Positions 23,848-34,450 of a stretch of DNA of 64,000 nt are shown here, piece after piece. The notes beneath the pieces are model-generated. The model made no database searches. It worked only from the letters and a program-made list of their open reading frames with translations, and was not told the DNA's origin. Within the stretch, counting starts at the first letter, position 1, and each line of letters starts with the position of its first letter. A program made the position numbers and the translations under genes. This DNA is from Selaginella moellendorffii (lineage: Eukaryota > Plantae > Lycopodiophyta): the NCBI RefSeq assembly GCF_000143415.4, contig NW_003314378.1, forward strand, positions 136,110-200,109, in the 5' to 3' direction.

Positions 23848-23912
23848 CGGCCAGAATCGAACCCGTAACGTATGCTTTGAGAAACCGAGGTCTTAACCGG
23901 CTGGTCTAAGTT
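23848..23912 (-). ncRNA. Degenerate tRNA-Glu-like sequence (pseudo-tRNA/SINE head); second copy ~24935-24998
   Basis: Minus strand TAGACCAGCCGGTTAAGACCTCGGTTTCTCAAAG…CGGGTTCGATTCTGGC has A-box and B-box and a CTC anticodon-like loop, but the stems are broken. Confidence 0.45.
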
Positions 23913-23960
23913 GTTTTAGTGAGCTAGCGAACCAGAACAAGGGCTAGTTAAAAGCAAGAT

Positions 23961-24070
23961 TTTGCATAAAAGTCCTTGTTGAGTGGACCCTTCGGGATCG
24001 AACCCGGGTCTTGTACAACGGTTTACCTCTACACTTACCTGATAGCCATCATCTCAGCAACCGGGTTCCA
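23961..24070 (-). ncRNA. tRNA-like (Gly-like 3' half) structured element; near-identical second copy at 25040-25149
   Basis: Minus strand TGGCTATCAGG (A-box-like) … GTACAAGACCCGGGTTCGATCCCG (B-box, resembles plant tRNA-Gly-GCC GTACAGACCCGGGTTCGATTCCCG), followed by TTTT. Not a canonical cloverleaf. Confidence 0.45.
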
Positions 24071-24089
24071 GTATTAAAAAAATCATACC

Positions 24090-24476
24090 ATGTACTTGAA
24101 CCATGTGACAGGGGTCTTTGCGAAATCCATGGCGTTTTTGTTAGATCGCCCACCAGACGAGATTATCCCCCGCATTCGTGCTGCTCGGCGTTTCGTCCTT
24201 GGCAAAGCCCCCTTATGGGTTGTGGAGTTAGAAGGACTGAAGGAATCGATCATCGTGGTAATGGATCGTCAGAGTTATGGCCTGGGTTGCAATAGAAACT
24301 CGCAGAGCAATCTCCACAGCCACAGGAGCTTTGGGATCTTCTGCTGGTGTGAATCTCATCAGTCCCAAAACTCCACGTTTTGGCAATCCAACGAAACCTG
24401 TAGCGTGTGGCCATACAAACGAACATACCTCGGTGTGATCACTCACTCGAAAATCTCTACTTTACGAGTGGAGTGA
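24090..24476 (+). CDS. Hypothetical ORF (128 aa; alternative ATG 24129) immediately upstream of the TPP aptamer
   Basis: Open ATG-TGA frame with no THIC or THI1 similarity visible in the frames I translated. May be a decayed gene. Confidence 0.25.
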   Translation: MYLNHVTGVFAKSMAFLLDRPPDEIIPRIRAARRFVLGKAPLWVVELEGLKESIIVVMDRQSYGLGCNRNSQSNLHSHRSFGIFCWCESHQSQNSTFWQSNETCSVWPYKRTYLGVITHSKISTLRVE

Positions 24477-24601
24477 ATCATCTTCCGAGTGTGTGGTTCT
24501 CGGCTGCTACTCTCTGTTTTTTCAGTAAGCATTCTTCTGTTTGCTACTACTTGTTTGGTAATTTGGTTTGCAAGCTTAAGCTCTTGAAACTGATGAAATC
24601 T

Positions 24602-24706
24602 GGCACCAGGGGTGCTTGCCCTGAAAAGAGTCTTTCTTCTGAAAGGGTAGGCTGAGATGAGACCCTCACGACCTGATCAGGATAATTCCTGAGAAGGGAG
24701 TGTGCC
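24602..24706 (+). promoter_or_regulatory. Plant-type thiamine pyrophosphate (TPP/THI-box) riboswitch aptamer, variant
   Basis: GGCACCAGGGGTGCTTG…GGCTGAGA…ACCCT…ACCTGATCAGGATAATTCCTGAGAAGGGAGTGTGCC. P1 GGCAC/GTGCC, P2 GGGGT/ACCCT, P3 GCTTGCCCT/AGGGTAGGC, UGAGA motif, P4 CCT/AGG, P5 CAGG/CCTG. Colinear with the plant THIC 3'UTR aptamer. Confidence 0.92.
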
Positions 24707-24780
24707 GACGCTGTATTTTATTTTTCTGTGCAGTCGCACAGAATCGAACTTGTGCACCGTATCTCAGATATCCAAGTTGA

Positions 24781-24860
24781 ATCGAGGATGATAATGGGCA
24801 ACCGAGCGCGTCCAACTTCAATGGTGTGAGCGACCACCCAAAGCAGGCATTTCCTTCCCG
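24781..24860 (+). pseudogene. Second degenerate CSP41a fragment
   Basis: atcgaggatgataa…accgagcgcgtccaac…ttcaatggtgtgagcgaccac…aggcatttcctt matches 22791-22985 with large deletions. Confidence 0.75.
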
Positions 24861-25556
24861 AATTTAAATTGAATTATTCTACTTTGTAAAAACTTATTGT
24901 TTCCTTTATTCTTTATTCTATTTTAAGTTAGTATTGGCAAGAATCGAACCGGAAACGAATGCTTTGAGAAACCGAGGTTCTAACTGACTGGTCTAAGTTG
25001 TTTTACTGAGCTAGCGAGGGCTATATAAAAAGCGAGAATTTTGCATAAAAGTCCTTGTTGAGTGGACCCTTCGGCATCGAACCCGGGTCTTGTACAACGG
25101 TTTACCTCTACACTTACCTGATAGCCATCATCTCAGCAACCGGGTTCCAATAAAAAAATATCATACCATGTAGTTAAACAAGTACTGGACGAGATTATCC
25201 CGCTCGTTGCAAACGGGATCTAGATGGATCGATCACGCTCGATCGCCTCGCCTCTTCTGCTCGACCGCGTAGCGAGCAGCCTCAACCGATCCAATACAGC
25301 GTTCAAGAAGCTCGCGATTCAAGATGGAGAAACCTCAAGGCGGTCTAAATGCTTGGCCCCTCTCGGCAGACCCACAAATTTTCAGCCAGCGACAGAAATA
25401 AGGGCCACAACATTTTCTAACCCCCAGCTCCATTTTCTTGAGAAATCGTCGCCTCTTCCTGCGTTTGCTGGCACATTTTTGTGGAACTGAGAACGAGGAG
25501 AAGAAACAATCCTCAATGCTTGAGATATATTTTTCTTCTCTGGGTTGTGGTGTTTG

Positions 25557-27377
25557 ATGCGTGCTTATGCCACTGATTTAAGCTTGGATTTTCCAAAGTG
25601 CGCCGCTCTCTTGCGCCAGTGCACCGGACTAGCCAGCCTCCGCGAGCTCCACCACAAGATCGCTGCTGCCAATTTGGATGCGCACACGTTTTTGGGCAAC
25701 CATCTCGTCCAGATGTACGGCAAGTGCGGGAATACGGCGGAGGCGTTTCTCGCTTTCGAGCGCATACGGAACAAGAATCGCTTCTCGTGGAACATCGTTC
25801 TCACGGCATATGCCCAAAATGGGCATATTCTGGAGTCGAAATTTCTCTTTGAAAAGATGCCGCAGAGAGACCTTTACTCTTGGAACTCGATGATTGCGGC
25901 GCTAGCACAAAACGGATGTTTGGAAGACGCGTTTGCGCTGGCCGAGAAGATGCCCGAGAAAGATACTGTTTCTTGGAACACGATACTTGCGGCATATGCC
26001 GATTCAGGAAGCTTGCCTATGCTAAAGACGATGTTTGATCGAATGGAGAAGCGCAATGCCGTCTCCTGGAATGCAATCATCTCTGGATATGGCCAAAATA
26101 ACAGTGTGGAACTCGCAGGAAAATGTTTAGCAAAAATGCCGCATAGAAATCTCTTGTCTTGGAATGCCATGCTCGCGGCATATGCCCAAAATGGGTATTC
26201 TGCTATGACAGTAAAGCTCTTTGCGGAAATGTGCGTCGAGGGATTTGAACCCGACGCTTTTACCTGCGTGAGCGTATTGGACGCCTGCGATCGCTCCTTG
26301 GGCGAGGAGATCCACGACGAGGTGCGATTCAATGGCTGGGATTCCAGCGTCTTTGTTGGTACGGCGCTCGTGGCCATGTACGGGAGGTGCCAGTGTGTGG
26401 ACCGTGCAAAGGAGGTCTTTGGTTCGATGCCCGAGCGCAACATTGTGTCATGGAACGCGATGCTTACCGCATATGCCGATAATGGGCATCTGGAAGATAC
26501 CATGGCTGTGTATGAGCATATGCCAGCTAGAGACCTTGCATCTGGAAATGGCCTTGTGTCTGGCTATGCGCGTTTAGGGCAGTGGGAGAGCGCCCGTGCG
26601 GCATTTTGGTCTCTCCCCGAGAGAGATGTGGTTTCCTGGAACACGATGATCGCGGCGTGTGTCGAGAGGGATCGTCCGCAAGAATCGTTCGCGCTCTTCC
26701 GGCAGATGGATCTCGATGGCGTTGCGCCAAACAGGATCACGCTTGCGAGCATCTTGAGCGCCTGCGATGGAAGCCAGGAAAATATTGCGCACGCGCTCAT
26801 CGCTGGGCTGCGGGATCTCGAGCCGGACGCGATGATCGGCACGGCGCTGGTGATCCTGTATGGCCGGTGCGGCAGCTGCGAGAAATCCTTGGAAATCTTC
26901 CACCAGATGGAGGAGCCGCGCGATCCAGGCGCTTGGAATTCGATCATCGCGGCGCTGGCACGCAATGGCCACACCGATGCGGCGATCGCGATGCTCCGCC
27001 GGTTGGAATGCGAGGGGATCGGGCCGGATTTCGCCGTTTTCAACAGCATTCTCTTTGCATGCAGCCATGGCGGATCTCTCTGTGAGGGCTACGCGCATTT
27101 TTTGATCATGGCTGGGGATTACGGCATCGCGGTCAGCTCCAGCCATTTCATGTGCCTGATCGATCTGCTGGGCCGCGCCGGGAAGCTGGAAGCCGCGGAG
27201 GAGCTGATCGATTCGATGCCATTCGAGGCGGACGGCCTGGCCTGGACGATTCTCCTCAGCTCTTGCAAGAGCCACAACGATGTGGAGAGAGGGGCCATGG
27301 CGGCGATGAGAGTGGCCGAGTTCGAATCCTGGGAAAGCTCCACTTATGTGATGCTCAGTAGCATCATGAGGAATTAG
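25557..27377 (+). CDS. PLS-E class pentatricopeptide repeat protein (organellar RNA-editing factor type), intronless
   Basis: ~606-aa ORF of PPR motifs (…VSWNAMLAAYAQNG…) ending in E-domain CLIDLLGRAG…AWTILLSSCKSHNDVERG…STYVMLS, with no DYW domain. Confidence 0.93.
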   Translation: MRAYATDLSLDFPKCAALLRQCTGLASLRELHHKIAAANLDAHTFLGNHLVQMYGKCGNTAEAFLAFERIRNKNRFSWNIVLTAYAQNGHILESKFLFEKMPQRDLYSWNSMIAALAQNGCLEDAFALAEKMPEKDTVSWNTILAAYADSGSLPMLKTMFDRMEKRNAVSWNAIISGYGQNNSVELAGKCLAKMPHRNLLSWNAMLAAYAQNGYSAMTVKLFAEMCVEGFEPDAFTCVSVLDACDRSLGEEIHDEVRFNGWDSSVFVGTALVAMYGRCQCVDRAKEVFGSMPERNIVSWNAMLTAYADNGHLEDTMAVYEHMPARDLASGNGLVSGYARLGQWESARAAFWSLPERDVVSWNTMIAACVERDRPQESFALFRQMDLDGVAPNRITLASILSACDGSQENIAHALIAGLRDLEPDAMIGTALVILYGRCGSCEKSLEIFHQMEEPRDPGAWNSIIAALARNGHTDAAIAMLRRLECEGIGPDFAVFNSILFACSHGGSLCEGYAHFLIMAGDYGIAVSSSHFMCLIDLLGRAGKLEAAEELIDSMPFEADGLAWTILLSSCKSHNDVERGAMAAMRVAEFESWESSTYVMLSSIMRN

Positions 27378-27411
27378 CTAGGGTTCTTGGATTGGCCCTA
27401 GGCCACAGTGA

Positions 27412-29543
27412 ATGGCGGACTGGGGAGACGACAACGTCCAAGAAGGGGAGGAAGAGGATGGATCGGAGGATTTCGAGCTTCCGGAGGAGGAAGAAGGCGC
27501 TGGATCGCAGCAGAATCACGGCAGTGACGAGGAGAGGAGCAGCAGCAGTGGCAACGAGGAAGGGAGCAGCAGCGGTGAGGAGAATCAAGGCGATGGCGAT
27601 GATCCGGTGGAGATTCAGGATGATCTTTTCGGCCCCGATAACGAAGATTATATGCGCACTACTCCGCAGAGCCAGCTTCCCATACCAAGTAAGAGCGATT
27701 GTTCTTCTTCTCCCTTTTTATTTTTGTTGGTCACACACATTTTTTGTGTAGTCCTTCCCGAGCCCCGGAATGACCAAAGGAATGATCACGAGTACCGGCG
27801 AGGAAATCCTCGTGGAGAAAGAAATTCATCCTTCTACTCTGGCGGTTTCAAGTCGAAGGATCTCGTTGCTGACCTGAAGCTTGGCCCTCCTGGCCACTTG
27901 GACGAGACCTTGCGCATTGCATGCCCCCCTTTTCAAGAGGTAATCGTCAGGTTTGTGGTTCATTTTTTCTCCACTTACGTAGGCCTTGATTAACAGTGGA
28001 GAAATTTGGCTTGCATGGTGGTTCTTTGGAGCAGCCAAATCAGATTTGCTGTTACAGTCGAACACCGGATGGAACCGTTTACTATGACGAAAGGTGTCTG
28101 GTGAGTGCGGTGCTTTTGCGAGTGGTTCTCTAAATAATTGAGTTTTCTTTCCTTTTTTTTTCCCCTTGTCGACAGAGAAAATTCAGGAGGAGAGTTCTCT
28201 CAAGTTTTGAGGCCGACTTAAACGAGGGATTTGACTCTTTTGTTCAGAAGAATGATGGTTGGTGATCTGTGATTTTGCGTGGTTGAGTTTCTTTCTGATT
28301 CGCGAGCATTGCAGATTCGGAATCAAGTGCTTTCGGCGACTTGCTGGCGTGTGTGCGAACAAAATTGACTTCTTTCAAAGACATTCATTTTGTTGTAAGT
28401 TTTCACAAATCTCTACAAATTACCATCACCCACCGTTTTGTTGGCGCAGACATTTCGGAACAACTTAAATAAGATACTGGGGACGACCTATAGTAGACGC
28501 GACGCCTGGGAGATGGGCGTGCACAAACGTTCTGGAACAGTGTATTTGGATTGTCGTAAAACTCCTGAACCTCCCCAGACTGAGCTTCAACAACGACAGT
28601 AATCACAGCGCTTCTTCCTCCACTTTTTACTTACGAAAAACTGGTTGTTGCAGATGTTATTGGGGCTACAAGTATGAGGAGGTTGCGACTGAAAATCCTC
28701 AACGAGATCTCTACGAGATGTCGGGCGACGCAGGGCCGCCTGTCGCTGTGGATGCGAACGTTGAGTTTTGTACAGTTGTTAGAACCAAACTTGGTCCCCA
28801 TCGGATCATTATGGGTGCCGAGATCGACTGCTATGACGTTGGCTCCGACGGTACGAAGCGATACACTGAGTTAAAGACCAGTCGCGAGGTGAGTGCTTGT
28901 TTTTATGTTCTCTTCGACGTTTAGGTGTTATGCTCGCTTGCAGTTGGACAAGAGAAGTTTTGAAAGATTCGAGAAAGAGAAGCTTTTGAAATTTTGGGTG
29001 AGAGTCACTTTCTTAGATATAATTTTCTCTACCTAACTTGCTTACCATCGCAGATACAATCGTTTTTGGTTGGAGTTCCACGAATTGTATGCGGCTTCAG
29101 GTAATGTTGTTTCTTTCCCTCCTTTTCGGGCAGAGAAATGAATATCTTGATCTGGTCATGAAAAACAGGGACGACAATGGTAGGCTTTTGCGCTCTGACA
29201 TGATGCTCACTCAAGAAATTGCACGTAAGATGAAACAAAAGCATTACTGGGAGGTAAGGCATCTACGTTTTCAGCGATTCAAGTCAGCAATGGTTGTGAC
29301 AGGGAGGTGTGTGCCTGGCATTTGCGGATAGAGTCCTCTGCTGGCTCTATGGCAGCGTAAACGATGGTAACCACAGAGATCTCTTTCTCTCATTTTGGAT
29401 TTCACTGAGCTCCAAAACTTGATGCAGGAGGAGATTATACTCTTCGTTACATTCCCAATAGCAACAGGATTGAGCTAGTGAACTGTGATTCCTGTCCAAG
29501 AGTTATCAGCGAGCACATTGAGCTCCTGGAATCCTCGAGCTAG
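27412..29543 (+). CDS. DXO1: DXO/RAI1-family decapping (deNADding) exoribonuclease, plant DXO1 type, multi-exon
   Basis: Acidic N-terminal extension with [11 protein letters not shown], then [62 protein letters not shown] and [17 protein letters not shown]. Confidence 0.9.
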
Positions 29544-30394
29544 AAAGCTGCTCGAGAAACCATTTCTAGCAACACAGCTACTTCATGGAAAAGTATTCCC
29601 AAGCACATAGTTTAGTTTTAAACACTGCGAGTGTATGGACGACAGAGCCACGACAAAAGGATCCAAATAAGAAAACTTTAACACGTCGTTTTTCGCGGGC
29701 CAAAGTTTGAAAGATTCCCAGCGAATCAAATTCAAATACTTTCACTTTACACTGGTTTGGCAGTGTTTAATCAGCGCGGCTCAGCTCCAGCCATTAGGGC
29801 TAAGATAAGCGATCCAAATTCCAATCCATCCAGCGCTGTCCAGCCCACCTTGACATGACATCTCTCTCTTACGCCATAGCCGGCGGATAGCACTTCCATT
29901 CTCTCTGATCAATGAATTGGGCGGATGGAGATCCATTTGAATCGTCCATCCTTTGAAGCTCTTCCTCGTTGGCGCTGCTGTTGGAGTGTCGGATCGAAAG
30001 GAATTTGGTACCGGACTGATCAGAAAAAGCAGCTCCTCTCTCTCTCTCTCTCTCTCTCCCCTTTGTCTCTTTGATCTTTCGTTTTCTTTGGTCCGTGAAG
30101 AAATGACAGTACGTGCGACAGTCGCCCCCACTAAAACGCACTAAAGAAGAAGAAGAAAAGGAAAAGGGAGCGAATTCTTTTTTCCCTCTATCTATCTAGC
30201 GTTTTCGGTGTCTTCCCAATCGAGAATCTCTGGGAAACAAGCAAGAAGCGATCGATCAGGCGGCTGCCCACATTCCAAAGCGATCCTGGAAATGATGGGC
30301 TTGTGCTGAAATTGCGCAATTTCGTCGCGCCGATTGCGATTCGACGCAGCGAAAACAGAGGATCCGTCTTCCTCTTTTTTTCCTTTGGGGAGAG

Positions 30395-32757
30395 ATGGGC
30401 AGAGCGTTGCTGTTCTTGAGCTGCTGGATCTTTCTCCTGGGCTGGATTCACGAATGTGGCAGCGCAGCAGCAGCAGCGGCAGTCCCGGGCAGATCCAAGT
30501 TTCTGGCGGAGAAGATCGTGGCGAAGGCGGCGGCGGTGGAGATCAACACGAGCAACACAATCTGGCGGGTGTCAGAGGGATTTCTGTGCGCCACGCTCGA
30601 TTGGTGGCCCGCGGAGAAATGCGATTATGGGACTTGCAGCTGGAAGGATGCCTCGCTCCTCACCATGGCAAGTTTGCTCGCCAAATCCCTCCTTTTATCT
30701 CGATTTCTTCCTTGCTCATCAGATTTCTCCATGTTTGGTAGGATCTCAAGCACCCACTGCTGGAAAATGCCATCAAAGGTGAGTGAAGAGTACAGGGAAT
30801 TCCAGCTCTCAGCCACCAAAGTTTTGGTTTTTTCTCGCAGCTCTCTATCCACTCACATTGCGCCTGGGCGGATCGCTCCAGGACCGATTGTTCTACAAAG
30901 TCGGGAGGAGCGCGCAGCGGCCATGCTCCAACTTCGTCAAGCAGCAAAATTCCATCTTTGGATTCTCCGAGGGCTGCCTCAACATGTCGCGCTGGCTGGA
31001 GCTCAACTCACTGTTCCAAAGGACAGGGTATAGTTAGTAAGCAAAACTTTCCCTTCATCTCCTCCCTTAAATTCGCCTCTTCTTCGTGCCAGAGCTTCTG
31101 TGGCATTTGGATTGAATGCTCTCAATGGCCGCCAGCGCGTTTCCAAAGGGGTTTACTCAGGATCCTGGGATTCGACAAATGCCGAAGATTTCATCAAGTT
31201 CACCCACGACAGTAAAATCGCCATCGCGGCTTGGGAGCTTGGTAAGATCTTCACAACTTTTGCACTTACAGCAAATGCCCAGTCAAGGTAACCATTTGAC
31301 GTTTGCATGTTTCGAATTTCCAGGCAACGAACTTAGTGCCAATGGAGTTGGCACGACGATCAACTCTCGTCAGTACGCCACCGACGTGAAATCTCTTCGC
31401 GAGATCATCGACGGGATATATGGCGACCAGATCGACAGGCCGATGGTGGTTGCTCCCGATGGATTCTTCGTGGCGGCGTGGTATCAGCAGCTCTTGCAGT
31501 CGACAGGGCCGCGAGTGCTGGACGCAGTGACGAGGCACATTTACAACCTTGGAGCTGGCGTCGATCGCCACCTCATCCAGAAGATTCTAAGCCCGACATA
31601 TCTCAGCCAAGAGGCCGGAGCTTTCAAGCAAATGCGTGACACCGTCTCGAGATATGGTCCCTGGGCTCAAGCCTGGATTGGAGAGGCCGGAGGAGCATAC
31701 AACAGCGGCCAGCACCTTGTCAACGATGCGTTCGTGTCTAGCTTTTGGTACGTAAAATTCCTCTCTTTAGCGTTTCTTCTTTCGGTCTTTTCCTTTCTTT
31801 CTGATTGAGTGAAGATAGTTCTATTGTTGTGAGTTTCGATGGTTGAAGGTCCCGTTCCTGGTTTTGGAAGATAGAAGCTTGGTGTTTCTGGTTGTGCTTT
31901 TTTGGTAGATTAAGAATCAAGATGGTGTTTTTCCTTGTTTGTTTTGTTTTTTTTTTTTTTTGTCTCTGTGGTTCAATGTGTGGTTTTTTGGAATCAGGTA
32001 TTTGGACCAGCTTGGCATGGCTGCATCGCACAGCACTGCTGTCTACTGTCGTCAAAGTCTCGTAGGCGGAAACTACGCACTGCTTCGGACAAATAGTTAC
32101 AATCCCAATCCGGACTACTACAGGTGTGTCTTGTGTTCTCGTGCGTTAAGTTCTTTCTTCACTGTTTAACTTATAGTTTTTCTTTTTGTTGCATTCGTCA
32201 ACTGGGCTGCTAAGAGTCTCCCTTTTGTCTATGGTGTTTTGCCAGTGCTCTTTTGTGGAAACAAGTAATGGGCAATGACGTCTTGCCTGCGACAGTGGTC
32301 AGCGAGACTTATCTTCGCGCATATGCACACTGTGCAAAATCAAACTCGGTAAAGAGATTTGGAAAAGCTCCTTTGGATCCACCACTAAAGTTGTATTTCT
32401 TCTTTGTTTTCTTTGTTTTCCATTCATCCCCAGGGTGGACTAGCCGTTCTTCTCATCAACATGAGCAACTCCACGGTCTACAGCGTGAGGCTCAAACTCT
32501 CGGGCTTTGCAAAGAGCAGCAAAGGCTCTAGTCGAACGCCCCGGCTTGAATACCACTTGAGTGCTCCCCTGACGGATCTCCAGAGCCAGCGCATACACCT
32601 TAACGGCAAACTCCTCGACGTGACTCCAGATGGCAACATCCCCGTTCTGAAGCCAATCTCGGTGGATTCCAAGCAGCCCATCACGATTGCCCCGCTCAGT
32701 ATTGCATTTGTTGTGCTGCCTGATGCTAAGCTCCAGGCATGCACCATAATTGAGTGA
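30395..32757 (+). CDS. Heparanase-like protein (glycoside hydrolase family 79), secreted
   Basis: Signal peptide; CATLDWWPAEKCDYG, LRLGGSLQD, WELGNELS, AWIGEAGGAYNSG, FWYLDQLGMAA, CRQSLVGGNY. Confidence 0.95.
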
Positions 32758-33443
32758 AACTTTTTAGGAGGAAAAAATGTACAAATGGAGCAAGTTCCAC
32801 TAAACGTATAAGTTGACAATCTACGTTATAATTTTAAATATTTGTATATTTGATTGAAGACTATTTTGGCCTCTAATATTCAAGCACCTCTAAGTCCAAG
32901 TTCCAGCATTTTTTTTTTCATTTCTAGCATTTTTAATATAATATATAAATCATTGATTTGTTTACACTTGTTCTTCTATCTTGCTTTAATTATTATTTTA
33001 ATTTATATTATGCTTAATATTTTAAAATTAATTATTTTATGCCTATCAGGTTTTTTAACCCAATAAAGAAGCACAGCAGTGTGTTGTGGATAACATTTAA
33101 ACTGGGCTATTTAATGAGTTTTCAAAACTTTAAGTAGGATGAATCACACTTGCTTTTGTTATAATCTTTAAAAGTGGTATATATAAACATGAAGCATGGG
33201 ACTTAACCATCTCTACCACATGCTAAACTCAATGGAAATTACTCAACAAAAACTTTTTTTGAAGATATGAAAATTTTAAATTTCAAATAAATTGAATTTA
33301 AAAGTTAAAAATTATTTAAAATATATAAAATTGACTAAAACTGAAAATGTATTTAAACTTAATTTTATGAGTTAATCTAACCAGTTTAATAAAATTAATT
33401 AGATCTCCCAAGGCTCTGTTTTAGGGTTTTCCGAGCGGTGGCG

Positions 33444-34363
33444 ATGGCGACTGCGATAACGGGGACGACGATGGAATTGGCTGTGGGGGTGGCCCTGTGG
33501 AGCTCGCTCTTTACCGCAGTGCGCTTCATCCTCTTCCCAAGCAGATCTCACGATTTCTCCAACCGCATTGTCTCCCTCGTCCACGCCTTCGTCGCGCTTG
33601 CGCTGTGCACGCTCTCGCTCCACGACTGGCGGCACCCCTTCCAGCCCCTCGCCTCGCCCGCCTCCCCAGCGCAGGTGAGCGATAGAACTTCTCCCTCCTG
33701 CAAGAAGAGATCGATCCATGAGATCTTCGTCCACAGGTCAGAGCAATCACCGTGAGCCTCGCCTACTTCATCTACGATTTCTTCTGCTGTCTCCTCGAGG
33801 TCCCTTTCGATGCCGCCACCGCTCTTCATCATCTGGTTAGCATCATGGGCCTGTGCTATGGATTTCTCTACAAAGTGGTGAGGAAGAGCAAACTCATTCG
33901 TTTTTAATTGGTTGATCTTTCATCCAGTCTGGAACTGAGCTTGTGGGCTGCCTGTGGCTCATGGAGATGTCCAATCCATGCATGCATGCACGGGAGATTC
34001 TCAAGGAGCTGGGCGTCAAAGATCGACCACTCAACTTGTGGAACGACGCAAGTTCTTGGCCATGGATCTCTCCTCGCTTTTTTTTTTAATCTCTCTTTCA
34101 CTCTTTGCCACTGCATTGCAGCTCTCATTTGCGATCACTTTCACCATCGCTAGGATGGGCTTCGGACCGTACCTCACTTTCATCACCTTGAGAGCCAACA
34201 ATCCACTGACTGTCAAGGTGAGTTCTCACAAATAGCTCGAAAAATGAAAGAAATCACCTCGCAGTTGGGAGCTTCCGGGATTCAAATCGTTAGCGTCTTT
34301 TGGTTCTACAAGATCGCCAGGCTCATCCGCTACAAGCTAAAGAAACAAGTCAAGTCCAGCTGA
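33444..34363 (+). CDS. TLC (TRAM/LAG1/CLN8)-domain membrane protein, TMEM136-like
   Basis: DFSNRIVSLVHA, SLAYFIYD…LHHLVSI, SGTELVGCLWLMEMSNPCMHAREILKELG, FTIARMGFGPY, IVSVFWFYKI. Confidence 0.9.
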
Positions 34364-34450
34364 TCGAAAACGCGGGTACCTTGTTTTGTTTTTACTTCCT
34401 TATTGGTGCTCCATAACACGAGCGTCGCAACTTCGAGCTTGTTGGAGCGA

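Larger units (their letters stand above)
23825..25210. repeat. Direct repeats ~23825-24180 and ~24882-25210 from a local tandem duplication, bracketing the TPP aptamer
   Basis: ctttgtaaaaa…gaatcgaacc…tgctttgagaaaccgagg…tttgcataaaagtccttgttgagtggaccc…tcataccatgta…gacgagattatccc occurs twice. Confidence 0.9.

Noticed and set aside
24021-24045. U1 snRNA gene suggested by ACTTACCTG
   Set aside because: Downstream sequence lacks U1 stem-loops I-IV and the Sm site. Kept only as a note within the tRNA-like finding.
23848-24070. Functional tRNA-Glu/tRNA-Gly genes
   Set aside because: Acceptor, anticodon and T stems cannot be completed as canonical cloverleafs.
24210-24270. Resemblance of LWVVELEGLKESIIVVMD to class I fumarase/tartrate dehydratase beta C-terminus
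   Set aside because: Too short, with no other motifs of that family. Cannot be supported without a search.
32820-33400. AT-rich island as a MITE
   Set aside because: No convincing terminal inverted repeats or TSD found by eye.
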